Virus record (IMG/VR): IMGVR_UViG_3300044680_000280
Span: 124,001 to 188,000 of that record
Strand: one strand, 5' to 3'
DNA: 64,000 nt
The notes beneath the pieces are model-generated. The model did no database searches. It was not told the origin of the DNA and saw only the letters and a list, made by a program, of their open reading frames with translations. This document shows positions 54,578 to 63,882 of this stretch, in pieces. A program made the position numbers and the translations under genes. The number at the start of each line of letters is the position of its first letter. Position 1 is the stretch's first letter.

Positions 54578-55105
54578 CTAAATCGAAATTTGAATGGTCA
54601 TGTACCCACCCGTGGAGGCGGAGGGAACTTGAGAAACGAAGCCAACGTACAAAAGATTGGGCGCTCTGGGGTCTCCACTGAGAGTCCACTCGTCCTCCGA
54701 GGTGTAAAGACCCCTCAACGAAAACCTGAGGCGCTGGCTTGGCGTGTAGACAATGGGAACGAGAGGCCCGGACATGCGAGACGCGTATGTGAACTCCTCG
54801 TATTGAGGGGTCAGAATGAGCCAGCTACCAAAACCCATAACCGCGTACTTGTAGTAAGGTTGAGCTTGGGTCATTGACGTGTACTGGTCAGACGATTCGT
54901 TTGACCCCCAAATCAGAAAACCGGCCACGTACCCGTCAGAGAGCGTGACAACACGATCGTCCGTGTCCGAATTCGACCACTGAACCCCAATACCGCCCGG
55001 CCACCCGAGAACGGAGAGGTTCTCGTCGACGGTAGGCGTGAAAGTTTCTCCCTTGACCAGGGTGTAACAGTCGCGAGTACGGGGAATCTGAGTGTCAACC
55101 GACAT
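54578..55105 (-). CDS. Decoration-like protein, tandem paralog 1
   Basis: Same motif set. Confidence 0.65.
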   Translation of the reverse strand: MSVDTQIPRTRDCYTLVKGETFTPTVDENLSVLGWPGGIGVQWSNSDTDDRVVTLSDGYVAGFLIWGSNESSDQYTSMTQAQPYYKYAVMGFGSWLILTPQYEEFTYASRMSGPLVPIVYTPSQRLRFSLRGLYTSEDEWTLSGDPRAPNLLYVGFVSQVPSASTGGYMTIQISI

Positions 55106-55114
55106 GGTAACCCC

Positions 55115-55366
55115 TCACACGAAGGTGTCTGACTTCTTCTCGTGAGGGAGTTGGGACCACCCCGTAACGACTTTTTGAAGGAGCTCGAGCTCCTTCATAC
55201 TGCCCAACCCTAGCTGGTCCCAAGAACCCCCAAGAGTGCGAAACACGACTCTAATTGACGAGTAGTCAGCAGCCTTGACCTTGAAGTCGTCCGCAAACAT
55301 GTGCTCAATGAGCTGCTTGATGACCTTGTTGGCGAAGATTTTGGGGGGCTTCGGGCGGTCGTTCAC
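55115..55366 (-). CDS. Hypothetical protein (83 aa)
   Basis: GTG start, operon context. Confidence 0.55.
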   Translation of the reverse strand: MNDRPKPPKIFANKVIKQLIEHMFADDFKVKAADYSSIRVVFRTLGGSWDQLGLGSMKELELLQKVVTGWSQLPHEKKSDTFV

Positions 55367-55389
55367 GTAAGAGCAACTATAAAAAGGGT

Positions 55390-57399
55390 CTAACGCATGC
55401 GACCGCGGAACCCGCGACTTATGCCTGCTCGTGGGCTCATTCGCTCAGTGAATACCCCATGCTTGCGCATACGGGACATGTGGTATCCCTGCAAACTAGG
55501 ACCGGTTGGATTGCGAGTCTGCTCAAGTCCCTTATAGGTGTGCTTGAGGTTCGACATCTTGTCAGCAGTGAGCCAAACCGCTCGGACAAGAGCGTCCGCC
55601 TGGTCGTCGTGGTATCCACTTTTCTCAGGCGCCCCAACTATGACAATGTTCCTTGACACCTGCTCGGCTTGAAGGGTTAGGAGCTCAGAGATGAGGGGAG
55701 AGTGCTTGGATTGGGAGCCGGCCCCCGGAATTGGGTAGTCGTAAAGAACGAGCTTGTGGTCAAGCATGAAGGACTTTACCGTTTGGTACATTTTCGACGT
55801 TGTGTCCCGAGTGAAGAACTCACACTTGATATGACCGTACCCTCGCTTGATGAAGTCCTGCTCCATCGACATACCCTGCCACCGGTCGTAAAGACCGTCC
55901 GTAATGTGGAATCGCTTGGTCAGACCTATGAGCCACTCCAAAATCTCGTCAAAGTCTAATCGGTCCTCATCCTGCATACGGCGGGCATAATCGCAGGAGT
56001 AGTCGGTAAGGTGCGGATTGAGCTCCTTCCAGTCGTAACCGGCACGCCAGTACTCATGATAGGCCAGAACGATCTTACCGTCTAGAGGGTACGTAATGGC
56101 AACAGCGGTACCGTCTCGATCCCCTGCGGCACTACCGATACCGATGTCAAGCCCTAGTTGGTGCGGATACTTCGGGAACCCAACCATAATGGGGCGACGA
56201 ACTGGATCAACACAGTCGATGAGGTCCTTCTCCCTCTCAATCCAGGCACGGACTCGATCCGAGAACCGAGCCCCATGCTCAGTTTCAAAAGTTGTCGGAT
56301 CCTCGTAGTACTTCTCTCGATAGTAGTCGGAAGAAACCGTGGGATTGATCTCCCAGGTGGGCATCTGAATTGCCAGCTTGTTGTACGCTCCGTCCCCGCC
56401 CTTCATGGCTGTCTGAAAAAGCTCGTAAAACTTGCCAGACTTGTTGAGTGGCGAAGAGATGCAAATGATACGTCCCTCGTTCGGCCCTATAGGCTTGGTC
56501 GAGTCCTCAGGATCTTTCGGAGAAAAAGCCGCCTTGCTAGGAGAGATGGCGTCGTAGATATCCTTTGCAGACGACTGACCCTCATCAATAAAGTGAGCCA
56601 TCTCATCGAGAATCATGACGATGTTACCAGCACCGCGGAGACCCTTGGCGATGCAGCTTTTGAACGTGACTCGAATCGTCGCCTTGCCGTTCAGAGACTC
56701 GTAGCGACCGCCCGCCGTACGGTAGGACGTACCAAACTTCTCGATGTCGTGAGGCGTACGAAACTTGATATCACTGAGAGTGTTAGAAGCAATGTACGGT
56801 TTGAAGTAGTCGCATCGAGCCAAGTGGGAAGTCACCTCATTGAAGAGAAGCCCCGCCTGATCCTTGTCCGTAGCGACGGAGATGATTTGGATCCGGTTGC
56901 CTGAGGGTAATCCGTAGTAGCTCTGAGGATGGTGTAAATTGAGGAGACGGTAAACCTCGTAGCTGGCAAAAATACCTGCCAAAGTAGTCTTTCCTCCGCG
57001 ACGGCCGATGGGCAAAATGAGCTCTCGGCGCTCATGGTCCTGCTCCGCGATGTTGCAGCGGCCCTCACTATAGAGGTACTTCAAGTACTCGACCTCAGTG
57101 AATTGATACTTCACATGAGTCGCAAGCATGTCCTTGATCTCGATCGTCTTCGTCGTGTCGTCGAGAGGAATGTGGTAGTACAACTTGACAATAAAGCGCT
57201 GTACTGGGTAAAGGGTCATGCCTAGACCCCAGTCGCTCTCAATGTACTCAATGATGTTGAAAATGCGTGGCTGCTTAGGTCGAACAATGACGTCATCCTG
57301 ACCGACGTTCTGGTCTAGAACGGCTTCAACTCTCTGTTTTGCCTCTTTGCCAGCTTTTCGAATGAGGGCCGACAGACCCCCTGCTTCATCTTTCGCCAT
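55390..57399 (-). CDS. terL: Terminase large subunit
   Basis: Walker A IGRRGGKTT, Walker B MILDEMAHF, coupling motif ISSP, RNase H nuclease LGLDIG and HDDQADA. Confidence 0.95.
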   Translation of the reverse strand: MAKDEAGGLSALIRKAGKEAKQRVEAVLDQNVGQDDVIVRPKQPRIFNIIEYIESDWGLGMTLYPVQRFIVKLYYHIPLDDTTKTIEIKDMLATHVKYQFTEVEYLKYLYSEGRCNIAEQDHERRELILPIGRRGGKTTLAGIFASYEVYRLLNLHHPQSYYGLPSGNRIQIISVATDKDQAGLLFNEVTSHLARCDYFKPYIASNTLSDIKFRTPHDIEKFGTSYRTAGGRYESLNGKATIRVTFKSCIAKGLRGAGNIVMILDEMAHFIDEGQSSAKDIYDAISPSKAAFSPKDPEDSTKPIGPNEGRIICISSPLNKSGKFYELFQTAMKGGDGAYNKLAIQMPTWEINPTVSSDYYREKYYEDPTTFETEHGARFSDRVRAWIEREKDLIDCVDPVRRPIMVGFPKYPHQLGLDIGIGSAAGDRDGTAVAITYPLDGKIVLAYHEYWRAGYDWKELNPHLTDYSCDYARRMQDEDRLDFDEILEWLIGLTKRFHITDGLYDRWQGMSMEQDFIKRGYGHIKCEFFTRDTTSKMYQTVKSFMLDHKLVLYDYPIPGAGSQSKHSPLISELLTLQAEQVSRNIVIVGAPEKSGYHDDQADALVRAVWLTADKMSNLKHTYKGLEQTRNPTGPSLQGYHMSRMRKHGVFTERMSPRAGISRGFRGRMR

Positions 57400-57402
57400 T
57401 TG

Positions 57403-58080
57403 TTACCTAACCAATTCAGCAGCCTTTTCCTCCCAACCCTCGAGATTGGTGCTCAAGTGGTTGAATAGGAGATCAATTTGCTCGGGGGACATGTTGATTT
57501 GAACACACCCCTCACGAAACGCTGCGATGATGTATTGGAAGAGCTTCTGCATACGCTCACTCTTGAGATTAATGGTGTCGGCGCCCATTCTCTTGATCTC
57601 GAGTTCTATCTCGGCGATCTTCTTAAGACCATCGATGCGTCGAGTTGATATCTGAGCGGTATCCCGACCAAACTTACCGTTCTCTAAACGCTGATGGTGT
57701 AGAGCCGCGGTTTCGCGAGCCACCTCCTCCTTGATACGATTCATCAGTTCGGCAGTATCCGAACGATTCTGGATGGACCTTACAATGGGGTCTTCTTCAA
57801 TGAATTCGGCTCTCTCCTTGACTATCATCTCATGATACTCAAGGTCACTTTCGACCGGCTTGCGTTCAATCTTTCGAGGACGCCCCACCTGACGGCTAAT
57901 CCCCTTCGAAGCGCTTACTACGGCGTGAATGGGAAGCAGTCTGGCGATCTTGTCGAACTTACGATTGGTGACGGATTCGAGAACCTCTACCTCTTCGTTT
58001 GAACCTAAGTACGAAGACTCCTGAACTTCTGAATTCTCGTCACCCTCACTGCTCGTACTGACTTTTTTGTTTTCATTCAT
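57403..58080 (-). CDS. Putative terminase small subunit (225 aa)
   Basis: Helical ORF immediately upstream of terL; likely ATG at 58080 (MNENKK); positional inference. Confidence 0.5.
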   Translation of the reverse strand: MNENKKVSTSSEGDENSEVQESSYLGSNEEVEVLESVTNRKFDKIARLLPIHAVVSASKGISRQVGRPRKIERKPVESDLEYHEMIVKERAEFIEEDPIVRSIQNRSDTAELMNRIKEEVARETAALHHQRLENGKFGRDTAQISTRRIDGLKKIAEIELEIKRMGADTINLKSERMQKLFQYIIAAFREGCVQINMSPEQIDLLFNHLSTNLEGWEEKAAELVR

Positions 58081-58087
58081 TTGGATC

Positions 58088-58459
58088 CTACCGATCTGAC
58101 CGTACCCCCTCAGTCCTAATGAGGTACTGGGATAGATTGTAAACAGTATCGTAGCCCCGATCCTTGGGAACGGATCGATCAATAGCCTTTTGCATGTCAT
58201 TTCCCGTCTCAACGAGGTTGAGAACGCCGGCGTGATTTGGCGTGAGGTTAAACACATCCTTGGGCTGAATATCGCGGCGATTCATCTCCGCATCTTCAAG
58301 CATGGTCTCACCATTTTCCCGCACGATCTCACGAGAAATGCCACGAGGGGCATTTACGGGCTTCGTCAGCTTTTTCGCGTGCTGACGAGCTCCGGGAGGC
58401 TGATCGGCCACCCTCTGAAAGCGTGCGGCGACCTTGAGCGCGATCAAGGTGTCGGTCAT
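58088..58459 (-). CDS. Hypothetical protein (123 aa) with leader LIALKVAARFQRVAD
   Basis: ATG; leader resembles that of the ART protein. Confidence 0.65.
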   Translation of the reverse strand: MTDTLIALKVAARFQRVADQPPGARQHAKKLTKPVNAPRGISREIVRENGETMLEDAEMNRRDIQPKDVFNLTPNHAGVLNLVETGNDMQKAIDRSVPKDRGYDTVYNLSQYLIRTEGVRSDR

Positions 58460-58461
58460 GA

Positions 58462-60495
58462 TCAGACCTTGACCCTGGTCCTCCCGAGCACGATGTCGAA
58501 GGACGCGGTTTTCACGGGCTCATTGAGCTCAATGTCCATACCGTGATTTTGAAGTTGGTACTCCGTAATGACGGACATACCGCTTGGAGCAAGAATACTT
58601 GCGGGGTCGACCGACTGAGTCGAAGGACCGGAAGCAAGAATGGCTTGCTGCTGAGCGGACTTGTCGACGTAGGGAGGCTCGACCACGAGCGGTTTGTTCA
58701 ACTTTGAACAGGTCATGTTGTGGTTGTGTACGCAGCTACCGCACTTATCGCCGAGTTTGGCGTAGGGAACCTGCTTGGCACGGAACAACCGAGACACCTC
58801 TTCACATCCGTGACCGTAGTCGTCATAGACAGACGGATTGACGTAGTAAATGCCCTGTAGTCCTTGCTCGGCAATAACGCTCTTCAGATCTTCCTTGGAG
58901 GCGGCAAGGTCTCGAACCTCGTATCGCGTCTTGAGAGCTCGAAGCAAATCCTTACCGTACAGCCCTTCGTTCATGTACTTAGAAGCGGTTTTCACGATGT
59001 TTCGCTTCGTCGTACCACTAGCGACATGTTCTTGACGGGGACCACCAGCCCACTGATAGAAGAGGTCCATACGCTCGGCCGTCCCAGAAGGTTTACCCTG
59101 CTGAGAAGAAACTCGATCGTGAATGCTCTTGAGTGCGGAGCGGGGGTCAGATGTCCCAAGAGAGGCCGATTTCTCCCAAGCAGGAATGCGTCCGGCATTC
59201 TTGTGTTCGAGAAGAACGGCCTCTACGGTATCCCACGTGTAGAGGTCAGAGGCCGCCTTTACCAGGGGCTTCCCGTAAAGCATGCAGCGACTGATCTTGT
59301 TGTAAATGCAGGATTCGCACTTGGAACCCGCCACCATGGCACGGACTCCCGGGTTGTGTTTTGCCAGGAAGTCGGCACCCTCATGGCAGTCCTCGAAACT
59401 ATCTTGAGTCGAGTAAACCGCCCCCAGTAGACCGGCTTCCTTGAAATAAGGCTCCCACTCTGCGCGGGTCTCGGCAAGGTCACTCAAAGGAAAACTGACC
59501 TTGAGGGAGGAAGCCAGCTCGGCCGCCGTACGGCCCTTGAGAAGCTCCCGCCGAACGAACGCGATAATCGGTTTGGACTTCAGCTCCAGGTGAAGTTTTT
59601 CGTCCCGTTTCCGAGTCAAACTACTGGCCTGAATGAGGCGCTCACCCGATTCTTGAACGGGCATCACAGCAGGCTTGGGGAGCTGATTTTCCCCGACGCC
59701 CTTGTACACTGGGGCTTCCATCTGCGGCGCTTCCGCCAACATAGCGAGTCGAACCCGCTCTCTCGGAGTGGCATTGCTCGAAGCCTGAATGACTTTGCCG
59801 CGAGTTTGTTGGAGCTGCTCAACCTCAGCCGCAAGCTGGTCCGTGTACGGAACGTTGAGAACAATTTGCTTGTGGAAGACAGAGCAATTCGTTGTTCCGC
59901 CGACCTTCTTGGCATGGATGCATCCGCTGCATTCGGGCTTTGCAACGATGTACTTGGCATCGCAAGCGAAACGTCGAACGAAGGTGGTGGTGTTTTTGGG
60001 CGACTGGGCACAGTTAGGAAAGTCCGACGCCTGAATGTATACCGGCCCTAGGAGTCCCCTCTCCTGAAGCACAGAAGCGATGACATCACGATTGGCCTGA
60101 AGGGTCGGTAGGTCAAATCGAGCCGTAAGAAGCCGCTTCAAGTTGGATGAGTCCGTGGACTGCATCATGGCGTAACGTGTGATCTTCGCAATATCCTCGG
60201 CGCGGTCACGAAGCTTCCCGTGCGCCTGAGACAAGTCCCCCATCGTGTGAACCTCCCCCGCTCCTGGGAAGGGCTTCACCACCTGCTTGTTTGGCACAAG
60301 ATACGAGGTCGTCGGTTTGTCGTCTCTAGCCCAAAGTCCGACGAGGTCTGGAGAAATGTCCAGATTCTGCTTCGGTAGAGCCCCCTGGCCTGGAATCTCT
60401 CCAGCACGGTACTCCGCGTCATCGATCTCAAGCCACTTGAGATCCGAAACGCTACCTTCCTTCAGGAAGTCACTGAGATCACCGAGTTCAGCCAT
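58462..60495 (-). CDS. 677-aa protein with three Cys-rich internal repeats
   Basis: C...C-x2-C-[IV][HY]...C...K-[PQ]-[LI]-V repeated three times. Confidence 0.7.
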   Translation of the reverse strand: MAELGDLSDFLKEGSVSDLKWLEIDDAEYRAGEIPGQGALPKQNLDISPDLVGLWARDDKPTTSYLVPNKQVVKPFPGAGEVHTMGDLSQAHGKLRDRAEDIAKITRYAMMQSTDSSNLKRLLTARFDLPTLQANRDVIASVLQERGLLGPVYIQASDFPNCAQSPKNTTTFVRRFACDAKYIVAKPECSGCIHAKKVGGTTNCSVFHKQIVLNVPYTDQLAAEVEQLQQTRGKVIQASSNATPRERVRLAMLAEAPQMEAPVYKGVGENQLPKPAVMPVQESGERLIQASSLTRKRDEKLHLELKSKPIIAFVRRELLKGRTAAELASSLKVSFPLSDLAETRAEWEPYFKEAGLLGAVYSTQDSFEDCHEGADFLAKHNPGVRAMVAGSKCESCIYNKISRCMLYGKPLVKAASDLYTWDTVEAVLLEHKNAGRIPAWEKSASLGTSDPRSALKSIHDRVSSQQGKPSGTAERMDLFYQWAGGPRQEHVASGTTKRNIVKTASKYMNEGLYGKDLLRALKTRYEVRDLAASKEDLKSVIAEQGLQGIYYVNPSVYDDYGHGCEEVSRLFRAKQVPYAKLGDKCGSCVHNHNMTCSKLNKPLVVEPPYVDKSAQQQAILASGPSTQSVDPASILAPSGMSVITEYQLQNHGMDIELNEPVKTASFDIVLGRTRVKV

Positions 60496-60512
60496 CGAAG
60501 GGCTCCTTCACG

Positions 60513-62228
60513 TCAATTTCCTGGCTTTGCATATGGTCCCTGGTCATCTCGTTGATTGGTCCAGTCGGGTCGCATGTTCGGGGTGGTATCGTCCCACTTG
60601 GTGTACGGCTCATCGACACGTTCGTACCTATACCCTGTATCCATGAGATCCTTATCGAAAGTCTCGTTGACCGCCGTATCGTCCCCTGGAAGGGCCGTCT
60701 GGGCAAAAAGGAACTCGTTGTCGTGTAGGGGACGGTGATAGAGGGGACGAGGCGGGCCCTGCGGGCTACTGTTTGGCAATTCGCTTTGACCCATCACGGG
60801 ATTCTCCGTAGGGCCAGTGATTGTGTCCTGGTCGTTGTCTTTGGGGCCCGTGTAATAGTCCGCTCTAGCAACCCCATTGCCGTCTTCGTCGGGAAGCCCA
60901 CTGCTTGGGCCGGGTTCTGACGGATTCAGAAAAAGAGCTTGAACCTGTCTGATTCGCTCTCGGGCAGTCCTATAAATGGTATCGAGCTTTTGCTCAACCG
61001 TCTTCGTGGTGTCGGTCTCCGAACGATCGTGGGTTTTGCCTCCCGGGTCATACGGGAGCTCAGCACGGGGGCCATAAACGCCCTTGTCCCCCTGATCATT
61101 GTACGCTGAACCTCCACCAGGATTCTTAGCGCCCTGGCCGTGAGCATCGTTGCCGTTTCCACGTCCGATACCAAAATCGAACCCCTCACTCGGAGTGTGA
61201 TCCGTCGGCATGGCTGACTCAGCCACTGGGGCCTGAGGAGCCGCCTGTCGACCACCGTCGATCTGGTACGCCGGCTGATTGCCGCGATCCTGGCTCATGG
61301 GCTCGCCACTGACGCCTTCGTCCGTAGACCAATCGTCCTTCGGGTCCTTCTTTTCGTCTTGATTGACCGAACCGAACGGCCCAGTCTGGTCCGTGTCCGC
61401 ACGGTCGAGGTGTTCGACCCTAGGTCCTGGCAGAGTGTTGGGATTCACCGACGAAACAGCCAAAACAATCTCTTCGGCAATCTTCTCGATAGGTGAACGC
61501 CGATCGTACAAGGAGGCCAACTTCGGACGGGCCTTGTTGCCACTCCCACCCTCCCCGGGCTTAGGAGCCTTGCCCGGAGCGGCATCCCCGCCGCCCGGAA
61601 GGTCGGAGGCGGGCGGCTTGCCTTCCTTCTCCTTCATCTTCTTGACCCAGGACGAGCTAGGCTTACCGGTCTTTTCGACTTCCTCTTCCTCCTCGTCCGT
61701 CTCCTCCTCAGAGTTATCGAGCATGTTCTCGGACTCTCCGATAAGTCGCTCTATGCTCGCGAGGTCGTCCTTCGAGAGTTCCCCGATCTTCGGTTTCCAA
61801 TGGGGGGCATTGATCTCATCGTGCACCGTGTCGGACACGGCAGAAAGGGCCTCGACAGCTTCGTAAATCTTCTGCCGAAGTTCCGTGACCTTCATGATGT
61901 ACCCACGGCCACCGAGCATGCCGTCGGGGCTCACCGTTGAGGACTTGACCCGGTTGAACAGACGGTAGGCCTGAAGGGCGTGTCCAAGAGAAACACTCAT
62001 TGCCCAAAGCATTTTGGCCATGGGTTTCAAGGACTTGGGATCAAACTTATGATCCTTAGGAATCTGTCGATTTGCGGGCCCGTTGGGACCCTCTGGCAAC
62101 TGACCCGCGGACCCCGGCACGGAACCAGGAACTGGCATTTCCTGGTCGTTACCCTTGGCGACACGGATGTTCTCCGCTCGTCTCAGGGCTTCTTTGACTT
62201 GAGCTCGGTAGTCCACAATGCCTCCCAT
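60513..62228 (-). CDS. Largely disordered protein (571 aa), candidate internal head protein
   Basis: Helical N-terminal domain, then a P/G/D-rich tail with K/R-x-A motifs. Confidence 0.65.
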   Translation of the reverse strand: MGGIVDYRAQVKEALRRAENIRVAKGNDQEMPVPGSVPGSAGQLPEGPNGPANRQIPKDHKFDPKSLKPMAKMLWAMSVSLGHALQAYRLFNRVKSSTVSPDGMLGGRGYIMKVTELRQKIYEAVEALSAVSDTVHDEINAPHWKPKIGELSKDDLASIERLIGESENMLDNSEEETDEEEEEVEKTGKPSSSWVKKMKEKEGKPPASDLPGGGDAAPGKAPKPGEGGSGNKARPKLASLYDRRSPIEKIAEEIVLAVSSVNPNTLPGPRVEHLDRADTDQTGPFGSVNQDEKKDPKDDWSTDEGVSGEPMSQDRGNQPAYQIDGGRQAAPQAPVAESAMPTDHTPSEGFDFGIGRGNGNDAHGQGAKNPGGGSAYNDQGDKGVYGPRAELPYDPGGKTHDRSETDTTKTVEQKLDTIYRTARERIRQVQALFLNPSEPGPSSGLPDEDGNGVARADYYTGPKDNDQDTITGPTENPVMGQSELPNSSPQGPPRPLYHRPLHDNEFLFAQTALPGDDTAVNETFDKDLMDTGYRYERVDEPYTKWDDTTPNMRPDWTNQRDDQGPYAKPGN

Positions 62229-62497
62229 TAGCCCTTGAGGGGCTCCCCATTGTCGTCGAAGAGTCTCTCGATGAAGAAGTTCCCGCCTTCCTTCTTCAAC
62301 GCCCAGAGGTCTCGCTCGCTGCGATGAACGAGGGTCTCGGCGGACACTCGGACGAATTCCGAGATGTCCCCAAGCGAAGCAACTCGACGGCGACCCGTCT
62401 TGTGCGGAGAAACGATTTGCGGTTCCCGGGACAATAGAGCATCCATACCAGGAGAACCGGACATCTCGAAATCGCTGAAATCAAACGGCTTAGACAT
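62228..62497 (-). CDS. Hypothetical protein (89 aa)
   Basis: TAATG coupling to the next gene. Confidence 0.6.
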   Translation of the reverse strand: MSKPFDFSDFEMSGSPGMDALLSREPQIVSPHKTGRRRVASLGDISEFVRVSAETLVHRSERDLWALKKEGGNFFIERLFDDNGEPLKG

Positions 62498-62503
62498 GGT
62501 TCC

Positions 62504-63406
62504 TCACGATACGACGAAGTTGACGCAGAGATCTTGGTGGAAATTAGAGGAGTACCCGCTGACACGAAGGGTCTCCGTGTATGTGCCACATTGCATGTTC
62601 AACGTCGGCTGAACAATAACCGTCGTGGTCTGAGCAGCGCCGCCCGAAAGGGTTCCAGTAGGCGGACCGAATCCTACCAGCCACGGGGAGTTACCGATGA
62701 GCTTTTGGATTTGGTAACTCAACGAGGAACCAGATAGCCCAGTGTTCTGAACTTGGAAGGTTTGGGCGGGCACGGGCGGGAACGTACCATCACCATTCGC
62801 CGTAACATAGAAGGTCAGCGTCGTGGGGGTGAGGGCAATCGTCGCTACAGGCTGAACGATAATCGTGACAGGTATGACCTGAGGACTGTTCGGGGCATAC
62901 GAGTCTTGAATCGTAATGTTTGCCGAATAGGGGGAATTTGCCGCCAGAAGGGATGTTGAGTCTACGGCAACGGAAAACACACCTGATCCGTTGAAAGCCA
63001 AGCCCGTAACATTGGCAGGATTGACAGTCACGAATCCAGAGTCCGACGTGATGCTTACGGACAAAAGAGAGCCGTACACACCACCATTCGATACGGTAAC
63101 GTTCTGCGGAATTCCGAACCCCAGTCCCTCGGTCTGAGTGAAGGTCAAAGACGTCGGGCTCAGGATGATCGACGGAGCAAACGCATTTTGTAGGGCGGTG
63201 ATACTATCCGCCATCGCATTGACGACCGGTCCAGGAATGGGGATGGTGTCGCGGAGCAACCCGAACGGAGTAATGACGTCCCTGATCGAGAAAAAAGGAG
63301 ACGCCTTCGACACATCCACGCGAGTCGTCCACCGCCAAACCCCTTGCGGTAATTGGACCTGGTATTGGTAGTCTTGAAACTGGATAGTGCTCGCGAAGGT
63401 CGACAA
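62504..63406 (-). CDS. Protein with two BACON/Ig-like domains
   Basis: I.L.PT.LTF...Q...V.N.G...L......W/F...P..G.L.......V.V......G.Y...I pattern twice; TTG start. Confidence 0.7.
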   Translation of the reverse strand: MSTFASTIQFQDYQYQVQLPQGVWRWTTRVDVSKASPFFSIRDVITPFGLLRDTIPIPGPVVNAMADSITALQNAFAPSIILSPTSLTFTQTEGLGFGIPQNVTVSNGGVYGSLLSVSITSDSGFVTVNPANVTGLAFNGSGVFSVAVDSTSLLAANSPYSANITIQDSYAPNSPQVIPVTIIVQPVATIALTPTTLTFYVTANGDGTFPPVPAQTFQVQNTGLSGSSLSYQIQKLIGNSPWLVGFGPPTGTLSGGAAQTTTVIVQPTLNMQCGTYTETLRVSGYSSNFHQDLCVNFVVS

Positions 63407-63453
63407 GGTCGCGCTCCTATAGACAAAGGAACGCCCGCATAAAAGGAAACCGC

Positions 63454-63726
63454 TTAGTTAGCCTTGGGTTTCACTGGCACGGAGTCGTCTCCCTGGGCCG
63501 CCCGCTCGAGAAGAACGGCGTATCCCGCCATTCGTCGGAGGAAGTCGATGCTCTTGAGGGTCCGCTGCTTGATCCTCACGGCGGTCATTCCCAAGGCCTT
63601 TGCCACCTCATCCGTTGGGTTAGGGCAGTGCTTAGCCTTGTACAGTTGAATCAGAATCTCCACGTCCTCTTTCGAAAAAACAGCTTTGAGGTCTTCGCGA
63701 AATTGGTCTTTGTCGAGGAACTTCAT
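63454..63726 (-). CDS. Small HTH protein (sigma region-4-like)
   Basis: FSKEDVEILIQLY...TDEVAKALGMTAVRIKQRTLKSIDFLR. Confidence 0.55.
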   Translation of the reverse strand: MKFLDKDQFREDLKAVFSKEDVEILIQLYKAKHCPNPTDEVAKALGMTAVRIKQRTLKSIDFLRRMAGYAVLLERAAQGDDSVPVKPKAN

Positions 63727-63750
63727 GTCTCTCCGTGTGGTGTGTGATAA

Positions 63751-63882
63751 CTAACAGTTAAACCTACCCCAAACGAACGGGCGCAACTGGCCAAAGGACG
63801 AACACAACGTGAGGTTGCTGAGGAATTCGGCGTGTTCCCATCATTGGTTGGCAAAATAGGAAGGAGAGAAGTTTGGAAGTAG
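63751..63882 (+). pseudogene. Start-less remnant of a homing-endonuclease-type HTH domain
   Basis: Between in-frame stops, reads LTVKPTPNERAQLAKGRTQREVAEEFGVFPSLVGKIGRREVWK*, the C-terminal HTH pattern of phage HNH nucleases. Confidence 0.55.

Noticed and set aside
51155-57399. Inteins or introns in terminase or portal
   Set aside because: Both ORFs are continuous, of ordinary size, with no Hint blocks
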